From Paragordius varius (lineage: Eukaryota > Animalia > Nematomorpha), in assembly GCA_964247055.1 (NCBI GenBank), contig OZ176050.1, positions 13,826,001 through 13,890,000 of the forward strand: a stretch of DNA of 64,000 nt, given 5' to 3'. The notes under the pieces were generated by a model that did not search any database, was not told the DNA's origin, and saw only the letters and a program-made list of their open reading frames with translations. The position numbers and the translations under genes are program-made. Below are positions 1 to 12,632 of the stretch, piece by piece (position 1 is the stretch's first letter; the number at the start of each line of letters is the position of its first letter).

Positions 1-1927
1 TTATCAATATAAACATATAAAAATACAATATTTTTTGTTAATGCATTGAAATAAATCTTTATTAACAATGGTGGGCTCTAAAATTGCTATTCTCTACACA
101 TATGTATATATACAAAACATTGAATATGCTTGAATAATTATACTGTTTTGGACAGATTTTTTTCAAATTCCAATGAATCTGAAATAAAATTAAGTTGGTT
201 ATCAAGTATTTGTGAGGGGATTTTTGAGTAAATGCTTAAACAACATAATATATGGTAAAGAGGACTTACATCTGTCATTTCACTTAAAGCTTTCATCATT
301 ATCAACTAATTTGAGATCATTTGCACCCCAAAATATTTATATTTTAGACTGACTCTTTTAAACAATATTTTTTAATAAGATAAGCTAAGATATATTGCAA
401 TATGCTAAATTTCATAACGCTATTTTGGAAATATATATATATATATACTTATGTATGCATATGCATAATTATTTTGCCCATTCAAGTAGAAAATTTAGTG
501 TTTTGACATTGGGGGTGACAAATAAGCAACACATATTGTTTGTAGACATATTGTCATGTTTGCTATGTATAAGGAAATATTCAATATAGCTAAAAAGTAA
601 AAAATAGTTACAACACTTAGACTATCCTTTTCGACTAAAATTAAGATCTTTTAGATTTTACACTTGAAAGATTTAATAAGGAAAGAAAAGGGATGATAGT
701 TGCCTCATACCTTAACTGATAAATAAATCGACTCTTCCGTGATACACCTGTCTCTTTACCATAAGATTTCAAAAAATGATTTTAAACAAAAAACAAAATA
801 ATCATACTGTTTTAAAACCTAATTATGGCGTACGTAAAGTGTGCAATAAGTCTAAAAACTAAAGAAGCAATTTTGTGAACTAACGTTTCGAAACTCAATA
901 TTTTGGGTATATCATTAAACACCCTTGTTAATACCAATTATTATAAATGGAGGAACTCGTAGAGATGCTTAATAATAAGACATATTTAAATATATATATG
1001 TCCAAACACATTAAATCTGTTTATTAATCGCTTATATAAAAGTTTAAGACTGTCAATTATTTTTTTTTTGCATAGCCACATCAGTGTGATTTTTTATATG
1101 AATAAGATTGGGATCTTTGAATCCAGCATTGAAAAATATGCAGTTCTCATATATGTGGACCAACCAATCACGTTGACTGATATTTATCATATTAAAAAAT
1201 TTACCTAACGAAAAAAATTATATTTAAGATATTTTTATCTTTATTAAAATTATTTTGCAAATTACTATGTAATCGTTGGATATCAAAAATATTATCCGTA
1301 ATTTTTCTCAAAGTTATAAAAAAAATTTTTTTAATAGTTCTTTATTTTTAAGTTTTGTGATCAAGTTATAATAATAAATATTAACATATTTTGTTAGGGA
1401 AATATTTAATAAATTTGTGCCTTAGACTCTGTGGGGCCCCTGTAAAACAACATATCTCTATTGTAAGAATAAATAATTTTGAATATATAATTAGTTTGTT
1501 CGAAACATATAAATTAATGTATACTATTAAGATGTTTAATGGGATTACGTTAAAGTTTTTTTCCATATTTTAGAAACGAAAATTGCAAAAATAAGGTATT
1601 TTGAGACAAATTGGGGCCTTTTATTATACTAGAAAAAGTTCCAACATAATATATAATTTTACGGAATTTACCCTAGAGCCCATCATTTTTACCAGCAAAA
1701 TTACTTTTTTTCTAAAATATTCATTTAAAAAATTTTACAATAATTTGCTATAAAACCCTTATATTTTGGAGTAGATACCATATTTCTTTTGAATAAACAA
1801 TATAACCTCTTCCAAAAACATTTATACTTAGATTATCTAAAAAATAAAAATTTGACCTATTTTTAATTTTTTTGCTGCAAATTTTACCAAGATTTTTTTA
1901 TTTTTTAGGCATCACTAATCCATTTGA

Positions 1928-1932
<5 letters not shown>

Positions 1933-1971
<39 letters not shown>
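1933..1971. repeat. (TA)n microsatellite
   Basis: Perfect TA run. Further runs at about 2300-2323, 25380-25407, 36993-37022, 44553-44585, 46199-46236, 58378-58433, 61720-61750, 62315-62340 and 63866-63888. Confidence 0.95.
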
Positions 1972-1974
<3 letters not shown>

Positions 1975-2297
1975 GATTAATAATTTATTAGTTGATTTAC
2001 AATATATAATATGTGATTGCTTGGGTATATTCTTCTAATGTATATATATTTCAAAACGATATACATAATGAAATAAATGTTTTTTCACTAAAATAAGACT
2101 CATCAATAAGGATTATACATATTATCTACAAGAATACTAGAATAGGATATACATAACTAAAAAAATTGTCTATGTGGCAATGTGCACTTCAACAACATGT
2201 TGTGTATTTTTGGTTAAGATTTTGGTTTAACAATTTTTTCAGCTCGCTATTTCAAATTTACTCAAAAATATTTAAAGAATTATAGTTTAATTTTCGT

Positions 2298-2330
<33 letters not shown>

Positions 2331-2332
2331 TG

Positions 2333-5300
2333 TCATTTGTGATATATCTCATCATATATACTCCTCCGACCCAAAAAATGATCATGTGTTAAATGTGGGC
2401 TAGAAAACCAGGGCCCTGGCTGGTGTCCAAATGTTTTCCCGTTTTCAATCAGCTGATATGACCAATAGGGATTGGAGCTTTGAGTCACGTGGCCGTTGTT
2501 TGGTATGTTGGATAGTTTAAAGTCACCATCATTATTATTATTACTTTGAAAGGTAGAACAGGTTGGTTCCATTCTATGATTTATCATATTGTTGAAATTA
2601 TTATGTAGTTTGGAAAAACTATTCAAATTTTGATGGAGTTGAATTGATAAGCTCGTTTTATCAAATGAGTTTTTGGTGGGAAGATTTACTGAATCGGAAT
2701 AGTTATTGGCAAAATGGTGTGGATTAGCAATGGAATGTTTTTTATCATTAAGGGGTAGTGTAGGATCCATAGCTCGAATACATCTCTTGTTTTTATCACG
2801 GTCACGGTGACACCCTCCTGTATCATTTAAAGTTCTTTTGTGATTTTGATTATTGCGTTTATTCCCTTCAGACCCATGGGAAGTAGTCGTCGATTGAAAA
2901 ACGCTCAGGAATGGATTATGTTTATCACTTTTGGGGAACTTTCTGTGGCTCGTACTTCGTCGGAAATATTCATAATAATCATCATCCGGTTCTTCTGGTT
3001 CTGGTAGAGGAACTCCGTATATTGGATCAATTGTAACTGCAGTGGTGGAGGTGACATTAACAGTGACGACAGGCTTAGGTGGGCTTGATGAGCTCATAAA
3101 AACACCGGAGCAGCTTGTCATACCTTTTTCACCATTTTTGGCAGATAAATTATTTGATACTGTGTTTGAATCGTTTGATATTTCTTCGGTTTTTGTTACA
3201 TTATTTATATTATCATGGTTATCAAGCGAACGTCTTAACGGTTGAGCAGCTTTTTTCTCTTGTCGACTGCGTTTACATTTGTAGCGATGGTTTTGGAACC
3301 AAATTTTGACTTGCGTAGCTGTGAGATCTATCGTTTGAGCCAACGTTTCCCTTTCCGGGGCTGACAAATACTTTTGTTGTCTGAATCGTTTCTCGAGTTC
3401 GTATGTCTGACGCTTTGTGAATAGGATACGTCGCTTCCGTTTTTTCCCATCAACACCTATGACATCGTAATATTCAATGGCTTGGAAACTGTTGTTATCA
3501 ACTAAACTTTCCTCTTCGAACTCCTCTTGCTGGGTAATATTAATATCGAAAATATTATCTTGAGTAGACCTGGCTAGAGTCGAGCCGTCAGAATCTCCCT
3601 CCAAATGTGCCCTTCTTGGAGATTGATTCATGTCATTTCTATGATGCGGATTGTTTGTAGGACTGACAGGTGTACATGAAGGTTTGGGTTTTATTCTATC
3701 CGATGGGCGATAATTGACTGCATCTAAAATCATCATTCATTTATAATATAGCTAAAAACATCACACTCATAATTGTTTCAATAACTCTTTAACAAATTAC
3801 ATTGCATTTCGATCGCGCCTTACAAATCAATCAAAAGTTAAAGGGTAAATAAAAAAAAGGTTTTACCTGTCGTTTTATCAGAAGAACTGCCATCTAAACT
3901 TTCACCATAGGTAACGCCAAAAGCCAAATTCTCATCTTCTCGTTGTTCCTTAAGGAGGTTTTGCCTTAATTTTTTTGGTGAAAATATTGGGGTGGATTGC
4001 GACATTTTCGAATTGTTAGGAATACTATCAAAATACTCTGGCGGTGTTGTATTATTATTACTGGTGTTACAAAAGTATGTAGAAGGGATGATAGGATACG
4101 TTTTCAAGTATTGGTCCCAAATCATTCGTATATCCTTGGCATCTGTTTCAATATTACTTTCATCATTTTCATTACGTAAATTTTTCGCCTTAGATTTATC
4201 ATTGTTGTTAACAAAGCGTTGGTTTTGAGGCGAGAGGGCAGATGCGTTTATTGTTGATAGGTAGCCATTTTGATGGAATCTGGCATGTTGACTGTAGTAA
4301 TAGGCATAGAGATGATTCATATATCGTTGTAAGTAATCCTCTTGGTAAGACGGCAAAGAACTCAAATATCCAGACTCAGGATCAGTTTTATTACTTTTCT
4401 TTTCAACTGTTAAATTATTCTCGTTAGCAGTGCGAGAAAGATTTGCGTTTGTTTCATCAGTGATATATTCTATTTTTGGTTTTTTGGCATGATTTTCGCT
4501 TTGATACACCCTATTAGGCGATAAAATGGTACTATTTTTATAGCTTTTGCGCTGAATTACAGGACATTCATTTTTGATTGGAGTGTGGGCCTCGGGTTTT
4601 TTCAAAATGTTGTTTACACAAAAACTATTGGCTTTGTAATCGATAGGGGGTATTTTATCAATCTTGTCCTTCATTTGGTTTTCGATTTTAATTTGGGTTT
4701 CGATTTCAATTTCACCTTTCTTGCAAGGGCTTGAGGGGGTGTCAATTAGGTCTATTCCATTTTTATCAACATCTAAAAATATTGTTCATTTATTTAATAT
4801 CAAAAGAAATTTTTATAAACAAAAGTTAGGTTAAACTTTAAATTAAGGTATACGTTAAAAGTCAAAACATGACAACAAAACAATATTGTTTGATAATTTT
4901 TTTGTATTAACCGAAATCATTAAATAATAAATATGTTACCTATTTATATCTTCATTCCCTATTTTTTGTAAGCCAAATCAATGGGTTTTATTAAATAATG
5001 TAGGAGTTTAAAACATATGGTTGATTGTCTTTAAAAAAAATCATTTCATATCAGTTTTTCATTTTGTTTTTAAATAGTAAATGAAAATTGACTTACATCG
5101 TAAAAATTTAAATAAATTCCAATGACATGATATTATTGAAGCTATTTTACAATACAAAATTAAAGATTTCATCTGTATTATAAATATATTAATTTTGGAT
5201 TTTTTGTAATTTAAATGTTAACTTTGTACTTATTATAAATTAAAATTATCTGACCTTGATTAGTTGTTTTTATCAAAGAATCCTGAATATGGATGGAATT

Positions 5301-5429
5301 TTCTATGCAATCGGTATTAATTGTCGTATTATGTAGTATATGATTGGTTTTAAGACCAAGCAAATTATTGATAGAAAAAAGTTTTTTATTCGGCGTTTTC
5401 ATTGTGATTGGTGACATTTTTTCTTCCAT
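2333..5429 (-). CDS. NKX2-2: NK2-class homeobox transcription factor, NKX2.2/vnd-like (3 exons, about 823 aa)
   Basis: Exons 5255-5429, 3867-4772 and 2333-3723 join in phase through GT-AG introns (4773-5254 and 3724-3866). The homeodomain [33 protein letters not shown]...[14 protein letters not shown] has the NK2-diagnostic Tyr54 and the QTYELE motif of NKX2.2/vnd. An eh1/TN motif (FSINNLL) lies in exon 1. The start ATG at 5429 is inferred. Confidence 0.88.
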
Positions 5430-8400
5430 AATTGTCGCAATTTTTACCAATTATATATACTTGATAAACTATTTTGTTAAAAACAATGTTTCCATAAGTA
5501 TATACTGGGATAGATATGTTAAATTCTGTCGATATAATATAAAAAAATTTATATAGAAAATATTTCGAAATTTCAAATAAGTATGTAAGTAAGTGATGAA
5601 TAAATATATGTGGATGTTGGTTTTATAAAATACAAATTTAAATTTGGTAAATAAATATGTATATATATTTAGGAGTGTGTAGTGTTTAAAATATACGTCA
5701 ATCATTTTACAAAATTTTTTTATCAAAATTATTTTTAATTTGTATATTAAGAAGCATGTGAAAAAATTTTTTATAAACCAATTTAATTATCTGATATAAA
5801 TCATTTATTTTGATATATACTTTTATAAATTATTTTCTAAAATTAAATTTCAATAAAAGTCATCACTCAGAGGTGATATCATATTCTCAAGCGCAAAACA
5901 TAAACTATAAATTATTAATTTTTAAGATAGTATCTTAAAAAATTTCAATTATAAAAAAAATATTGTAATGATATCTTGCTTTATAAAGATTTTTGTACTC
6001 AAATTTGTCTGTAATATAAATTTCTGGTTGACCTGTTAATTTTTTACAATAATGAGAAAAATATTTTAAAAAATGTTAAAAATAATATATTTTTAATGTG
6101 TGAATTTTTTCATAAAAATAAACTTTTCTATTACTGAGCATTCATCTAAATAATAAATTTGTAACAAATGAAATATATATAATGTATAAATTTGATTATG
6201 TGTTAAATTTTTGATTATTTAACTTGGAGAAACAAGGTATCGTATAAAATATACCAGGTATAAGTATAATATCTTATCTTGTATTTTTTGATAAAAAATT
6301 TTTTCTATACTAATTATTGTTGTTGCATATTTAAAAACACACTTTTTTAGGTAGATTTAGAAAAATTAGTACTTAATTAATATAAAATTATATATATATT
6401 CATAAAAATAAAACCTAGTTGTGAGAATATCTATATATATTCAAAAAGATGTCTTTTTAAGGCGTAGCCTTATTACTAAATTTTAAAGCAAAAACGTACG
6501 ATATAAATTTATAATTAGTATTGATACCTATTCAAAATACTAAAATAAACAAAGCGATAATATAATGCGCAAGCATTCAAAATTAGTAAGTCTTCGATTG
6601 GCAATTAAAGGGCGAGATGACAATATAAAAATCTAATTTTAGGCGTAAAAACAAGCGTTGTCGCAAAAAAACGACAAATAAAATATAGATATAATAATCC
6701 AATTTTTCGATAATTTTATAATATAATTAACAGTTTTTGGATAGGAATAGATAAGTAATAAAAAAAACCGTTGTTGAAAATTTTGTTCGTATATACACAT
6801 ATGTAATTCTAATTTGAAAATCAAAGGTAATGTAAGGTAATTTTAATTAATTTTCAATTAATAAATCAATCAATGAGCTACTAATACATTTTCCAATAAG
6901 AACAAATAAAATTATTTATATATTACCTGATTAATATATGGAGCATCTTTGAATTATGGGATAATATATCTTAAACTAATATAAGGATTTTTTCGTTCAA
7001 AATTTTACACACGACAAGCATACAAATACAAATTAAAACAAAAAAATTAATCAAAAATTAATTAATTTGAAGAGTTATAAGAAATTTTATTGAAAAAAAC
7101 AAAAATAATTTTATAAAAATTGCAAATGGTGTGCATATATAAAAATTAGATTAAACACGTCAATCAAGTATATTGTTTTATTACCTGTCGCATTTGTAAA
7201 CATACAACATTCACTTGTATTGACAAAAAATTTTATTATAATGATTATAAAACAATTATTTTATGATTCCTTTATTGCATTTCTTAAATCATCCAATTTT
7301 TTAACACTAATTAGCGGCCATTTACCTGAATAATATACATATAATAACATTTATTAAAGGTATTTGTTCGTATAACACACATATAAAGAGTCCTATTAGC
7401 CTATTTTTCATAAGCAAAAAATTTTTTTAACAATGAAAACACCTATGAATTATTAATGAATTTATATTTATATTAATCTTTATGTTTTGATTCATAAATG
7501 TTATATATAACTGTTTTGTTCAAAAAAATATTAGATTAACACATATATATTTTGTTTAATTTGATCCTAGAGTATAGCTAAACTTCATACAAATATTATT
7601 TAAATGTCAATCAATTTGTCCTGCTTTTTTACAAGTGTGGTTTGAAATAAGAAATTTTTAATCATTTAAATTGTTGTTTTTGATAATTTTTTTAAGTTTT
7701 TATAAGAAAATGGCAATATGAATTTGTGTTTTATATAAAACATTGTTTTTTGGATAATAAGATTATATTGTAATTTGTAAATACTAAATAACCACCCCCC
7801 TACCCGAAAATACCTGACTAAATATTGACATTTAAGCTAAATAACATTTTTGTTGTGATTAATAATTTTTTCAAAATTAAAATAAAAAATCAGATAAATT
7901 ACATTTAAAATTTCAACTCTTACTACTAATTACAAACACCCACTCTAAAAATTAGAAATATATATTTAATCCTAAAGATAAAATATATATAAATACATCC
8001 AATAACATCATACCAAGTACATACATATTGTTTCTATTTATATACATAATTGTAATTAACTCTACACCTGATTTTGGATAAAATTAAAAATAGATATTAT
8101 TTTTGTTTAGTGTTTCAAAATCAAAATAATTTTAGCTATTCTAAAGCAATACTAACATTATTTATTTATATATGCGTAAAAATATTTTTATATAATTATA
8201 TACATCTATCTTTTTAAAAAGCACGTTTCTATTTTGTCTAATTTACACTATATACATATAATTATATCAACCAAAATTTATAAATTGCTCAGTTTTCAAT
8301 TAAAGTTTAGTTATATACCTTACGAAATATATTAACCAATTGACGTTACAACAAGTTTAGTTTTAAGTAAGAATTATTTCAATAATTTTACATAATAAAA

Positions 8401-9569
8401 AATTATTCGTTTCAAATCAATCCTTATTAAAAAAATTAATATACTAATCTCTTAAAATTATTGTGAGCTAGAATTCGCTGATTGTCGGCATATTTTATAC
8501 TTAAAAAGAGAAAAAAAATATGCACTTTATAAAAAAATTTTAAATATTAATAATAATGCACAACTATACCTTTTCTTTCATGGTAATTAATATACATTTA
8601 TTAATAATTTATGAATAATATTTGAAACGTGCCCAAACATAGGAAATATGGCTTAATTTTATAATATTACGTTTAAAAAATTTTTTTTGATATCAAATAT
8701 CTGATATGCACATATATATTTATATATACTAACTTTTGAATAAAAATTATAATAAATATATTTATGTTGTTTAAATATGCGGTTATTAAAGCTCAAAAAT
8801 TTATGAATATTAATTTCAATAACTTTTTTTTTAAAAAATTTGATTTCCAACTTAAAGATTTTTTTTTCAAAATAAGTCTCAGGGAAGCTGATTAAGCACG
8901 TAAAATGAATTTTTTAATAATTTTTTTTTATATTCAGATTAAATTTCAATAATTATAAATATTGCCCTTTAAATTTATCAATTTACCATTTTTTCGAGAA
9001 ATTTATATTTTGATATAATATAATCAACATTTTGAAAGGTTTATGTACTTTATAACTCTCAAGCCTTATTTATAAAATCATAAAAATAACGAAAAATAAT
9101 ATTATTGATTTTAAATCAAATTAATTAATGGTTAATTAAACCTTTCTTATGTAGATAAATTTGCAAAAAATACCAAATTCATAAAAAACTTATATAATTA
9201 TAAGTTTAATAATTAAAAATAGTTACCTTTCGAAACCATGAGAATGTGAATTATTTCAGTAAAATTATTTTGGACATAATGTAAATCAAATTTATAGTTA
9301 TTAGAATTCAAATCAGCTGATCGAGTTCCTTTTAACAAATATCTTTTATTAATTAATATAAATGATATAAAATTGCGTGTAATGTATTTAATTTATTTAT
9401 TTTGTTTAATTAGGAAAAAAACCCACCATAATTTTAAAAAAGTGATTGAAGAGACTACGTTTTCCAAAAATATATATATTATCAACAAATATTAATTTTT
9501 ATTAATTAGGTATTTTCCATGCAATTCAGTCTTTTTTTAAGGTTTTTTGCGAAAACAATGTCTTTTCTT

Positions 9570-9645
9570 TTTTTCCATACACTCCTATGTTGCGAATTGC
9601 CCAACTATAGTATCTAATAAGCAACCATTAAATGACATACTGTAA
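9570..9645. mobile_element. MITE family D solo arm
   Basis: TTTTTCCATACACTCCTATGTTGCGAATTGCCCAACTATAGT...AAGCAACCATTAAATGACATACTG|TA. Confidence 0.6.
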
Positions 9646-10384
9646 TTATATATACATATATATATATATAATTTTATTTGAATTACATATGATATATTAT
9701 ATAAATCTAATAAATAGGTTTTTAGGTCTCCAAAAAGCATACAAAAGCCAAATTGAATTCATGATTGACACAAACAGTTTGAAATTTTTAACAAATATTA
9801 ATAAAAATTAAAAATTTTCAGAATATCGCGATAAAACATTCAAAATTTTGGTTGGTTTTTTTAGACATACGAATAAGGCATTAAGCATTTTTCCAATGAG
9901 ATTTTTTGAAAAATTATAATTATTTTTGTTGAAACAGATAGGAGAGAATCCTTAACTTAATGAAGATTTATTTCATTTTTTACAAGCAAGCCTTATATAT
10001 AGGCTCACGCATGCCTTTTAATAAAATAATGATATAATATTACGGGACAAATTAAGTCTAATTATGTTTTTAACAAGTGTTAATGTTTAAAATAAAAATG
10101 GCATGTTTGGAGATGTAGGTTTCTTGAGTTTTTTGCAAAAGTATTTTAGTAATACAGTATTCTTCCCCCATGAATTTTTATATAAATTTGGTTTGCTATA
10201 AGTTAACATTTTTTTAATGTTTAAGCTATGCAATGGACTTTATAAGTTACTTAGAGGTACCAATTCAATTATACCCTTTTATATTAATCTTAGATGGGAA
10301 CAATCAATTAAAATGTAATTACTTTTATATCTAAATTTGGATATTCGACAGACTAAATTGAGTTAGATTTATATTTATAATATA

Positions 10385-12231
10385 CTAGCTGGCCCTGTCA
10401 GGCTTTGCTGTGACGTAGTCCCGATAATTATTCTTAATAATTTGCAATAAATAGAGGTAAAGGACATAAAAAATAATAAAAAACATATTCAATAAAAAGA
10501 ATATCGAATTATTCTTTTACGGTTTTTGCATAGGCTCAAATATTGTTTACTCGAAATTGAACATATCTAAACTGTCCCTTATTAAAGTTAATATTCAACT
10601 ATCATTATATTTATTTTAAGATTATCGTTGAATCATGGTTAAAAGTTTTATTTTGAAATCGTGTTAACACAAGGATCAAGGGATATAAAAAGTAAATCAT
10701 TTGTAGTCCCTTTTTTGAGGGAAGAATAATATTATACAAATTTCCCAGAAATGTGTTTAACTGAATATATATGGCTTCTTAAGTATTTTGAAAATTAGCT
10801 CTAAAACCACGTCATTTTTGGATGGCATCTCAGTTTAAAACCAGTATACCCCTACCCACAGATCAATATGGAAAAAGCGCTGAGTTAAATTTTTTGCTTT
10901 TAGGGGGCAAATATTTGGAATCATCTTTGATACCATCGTCTCATGGGTTATTCGAAAAATACTTCACCACTAAATAATCGTTAGATGATGGCTTTTTAGG
11001 TCAAATCCCCAAATTAACGGCTGATAAAAAAACGCCTCACCTTTTTTACCTAGTTACGGTTAATATTTTAAGCTTTTAATAAGCGCATATGGCTTCATAA
11101 ATTTTCTGTAAATTAGCTCCAAAACAACGCAATTATATAGTAGCGCAGTTTTTGACGGGTATCTAAAAACCCATTGATAATATTATTGCCTTTTTACGGA
11201 CATACTAGGAATCATGGTTGATTCCATATGCTCTCATAAGTTTTTGGAAAAATTGGCTCAAAACTAAAAAATCATTCTATGGTGTCGTATTTTTCAGAGC
11301 GTAAAACTTTGCTTGGATACTCATTGAATAACCCCCCTATACTGAAATATTTGTTTTTAAGGGGTAATAAATATTTTTAACCCTTATTGAACTCACATAG
11401 TCTCATAAGTTTTCTAAAATTTGCCTCCAAAGTCACGCCGTAAGGATATGATGGCGTAGTTGTAGGCGGGTAGCCCACTACTCAAAGACCAATATAAAAA
11501 AGACGTTCGATAAAAAATTTTGCCTTTATAGGGGAATACCTAGAATCATCATTCATTCGATATGTTCTTAACAGTTTTTGGAAGTATGGCTTCAAAACTA
11601 AATAATAGTTCAATTTTCTGGGGCGTAAAGGTCCTAATTAACGTAAAAAAACCGCTCGACTTAAATTTTTGCCTTTTTACGGGTAATATATCAAGCCCTT
11701 ATTAAATTTATGTGGCCTGCTCCTAAATAACGCATTTCGATATCGTGGGGCAGTTTTAGGCGGGTAGCTCCCTCATAGAGGCTGATAAAAAAGCGCTTGT
11801 AAAATTATTGCCTTAAACAGGGAATATCTGGAATCCTCATTAAATTTTTACCGTCTCAAAAAATATTTTTGTGGACTTAATTAATTTTACGGGGGGAGCG
11901 GGTAAAAAGAGGGCCTAAATTAAAAAACGAGCCGACTCCTCGGCGCAATCGAAAATAAGTAAACAAAAATCATATTTGAAATTGAATGATCCAACACATT
12001 CTCTGGAAAATTGTCTCAAAGACACGATTTTTGTGGATTCTGTTTTCAAAAAACCCGTTTTTTACAAGGGGTGGGCCCGAACTGGGGGCCTTTTTTTAAA
12101 AAAAGAGCGAAGCTATTGTCGGGGCATTCATTAGTGATTGTAATTTTTCGATATTCGGATTTGAATGGGTGTACCGGTTTTCCGGAAACAGATCACAAAG
12201 CCACCACTTTCCATTTTTATATATATATAGA
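10385..12231 (-). mobile_element. Non-autonomous Helitron with internal degenerate tandem repeat
   Basis: On the minus strand it begins A|TCTATATATATATAAAAATGG at 12231 and ends with an imperfect GTCA...TGAC hairpin about 10 nt before CTAG|T at 10385. It is inserted between A and T with no TSD, and no Rep/helicase ORF is present. Confidence 0.8.
10770..11870. repeat. Degenerate ~150-bp subunit / ~310-bp higher-order tandem repeat inside the Helitron
   Basis: The motifs GGAATCAT..TTGAT and TCTCATAAGTTTT..AAAATT(A/G)GCTC.AAA recur near 10770, 10918, 11088, 11208, 11385, 11541, 11695 and 11828. Confidence 0.6.
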
Positions 12232-12322
12232 TGTTTTCAAATTTCTTAAGATTTTTTGTTCCATATCGATCTCACATAAACAATGCAAGAATTTGTTAAA
12301 ATTTAAATAAATTTTATATAAC

Positions 12323-12619
12323 TAATATAAATTATAAAGGATATATTTATTTATTTAGTATAACATCAAAACTGAATAATATAATATAATGTGTTGTGTG
12401 TGTTACAATGATTCCTTATATACATTAGGAAATTTGGTTATTGCATTCACAAGGATATAAAGTTGTGTGGTTTAAACGTTGTTAAAGATAATAAGTATAA
12501 ATAAAATAATTTGCATTCACAACCAAGGCTATATATATTTTTAACGTAACAAGGACCAAAGTGTATTATGCACTAAAAAAGAGAAGGATAATTTGCGTAT
12601 GATGATAACCCTTTTAACA
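12323..12619 (-). repeat. 3' LTR (297 bp)
   Basis: Direct repeat of 16576-16866; begins TGTTAAAAGGG on the minus strand. Confidence 0.95.
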
Positions 12620-12621
12620 TA

Positions 12622-12632
12622 CCTTCTTCCTT
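12622..12632 (-). promoter_or_regulatory. Polypurine tract
   Basis: AAGGAAGAAGG 2 nt before the 3' LTR, overlapping the pol stop codon. Confidence 0.8.

Noticed and set aside
395-1573. Short ORFs at 395-589, 1381-1566 and 1391-1573, and similar 60-100 aa I/K/F/Y/N-rich ORFs across the window
   Set aside because: Composition is that of translated AT-rich non-coding DNA, with no motifs or splice-phase support.
2333-4674. ORFs 2333-3736 and 3838-4674 as two separate genes
   Set aside because: They join in phase across a GT-AG intron (3724-3866); the annotated ORF ends run into intron sequence.
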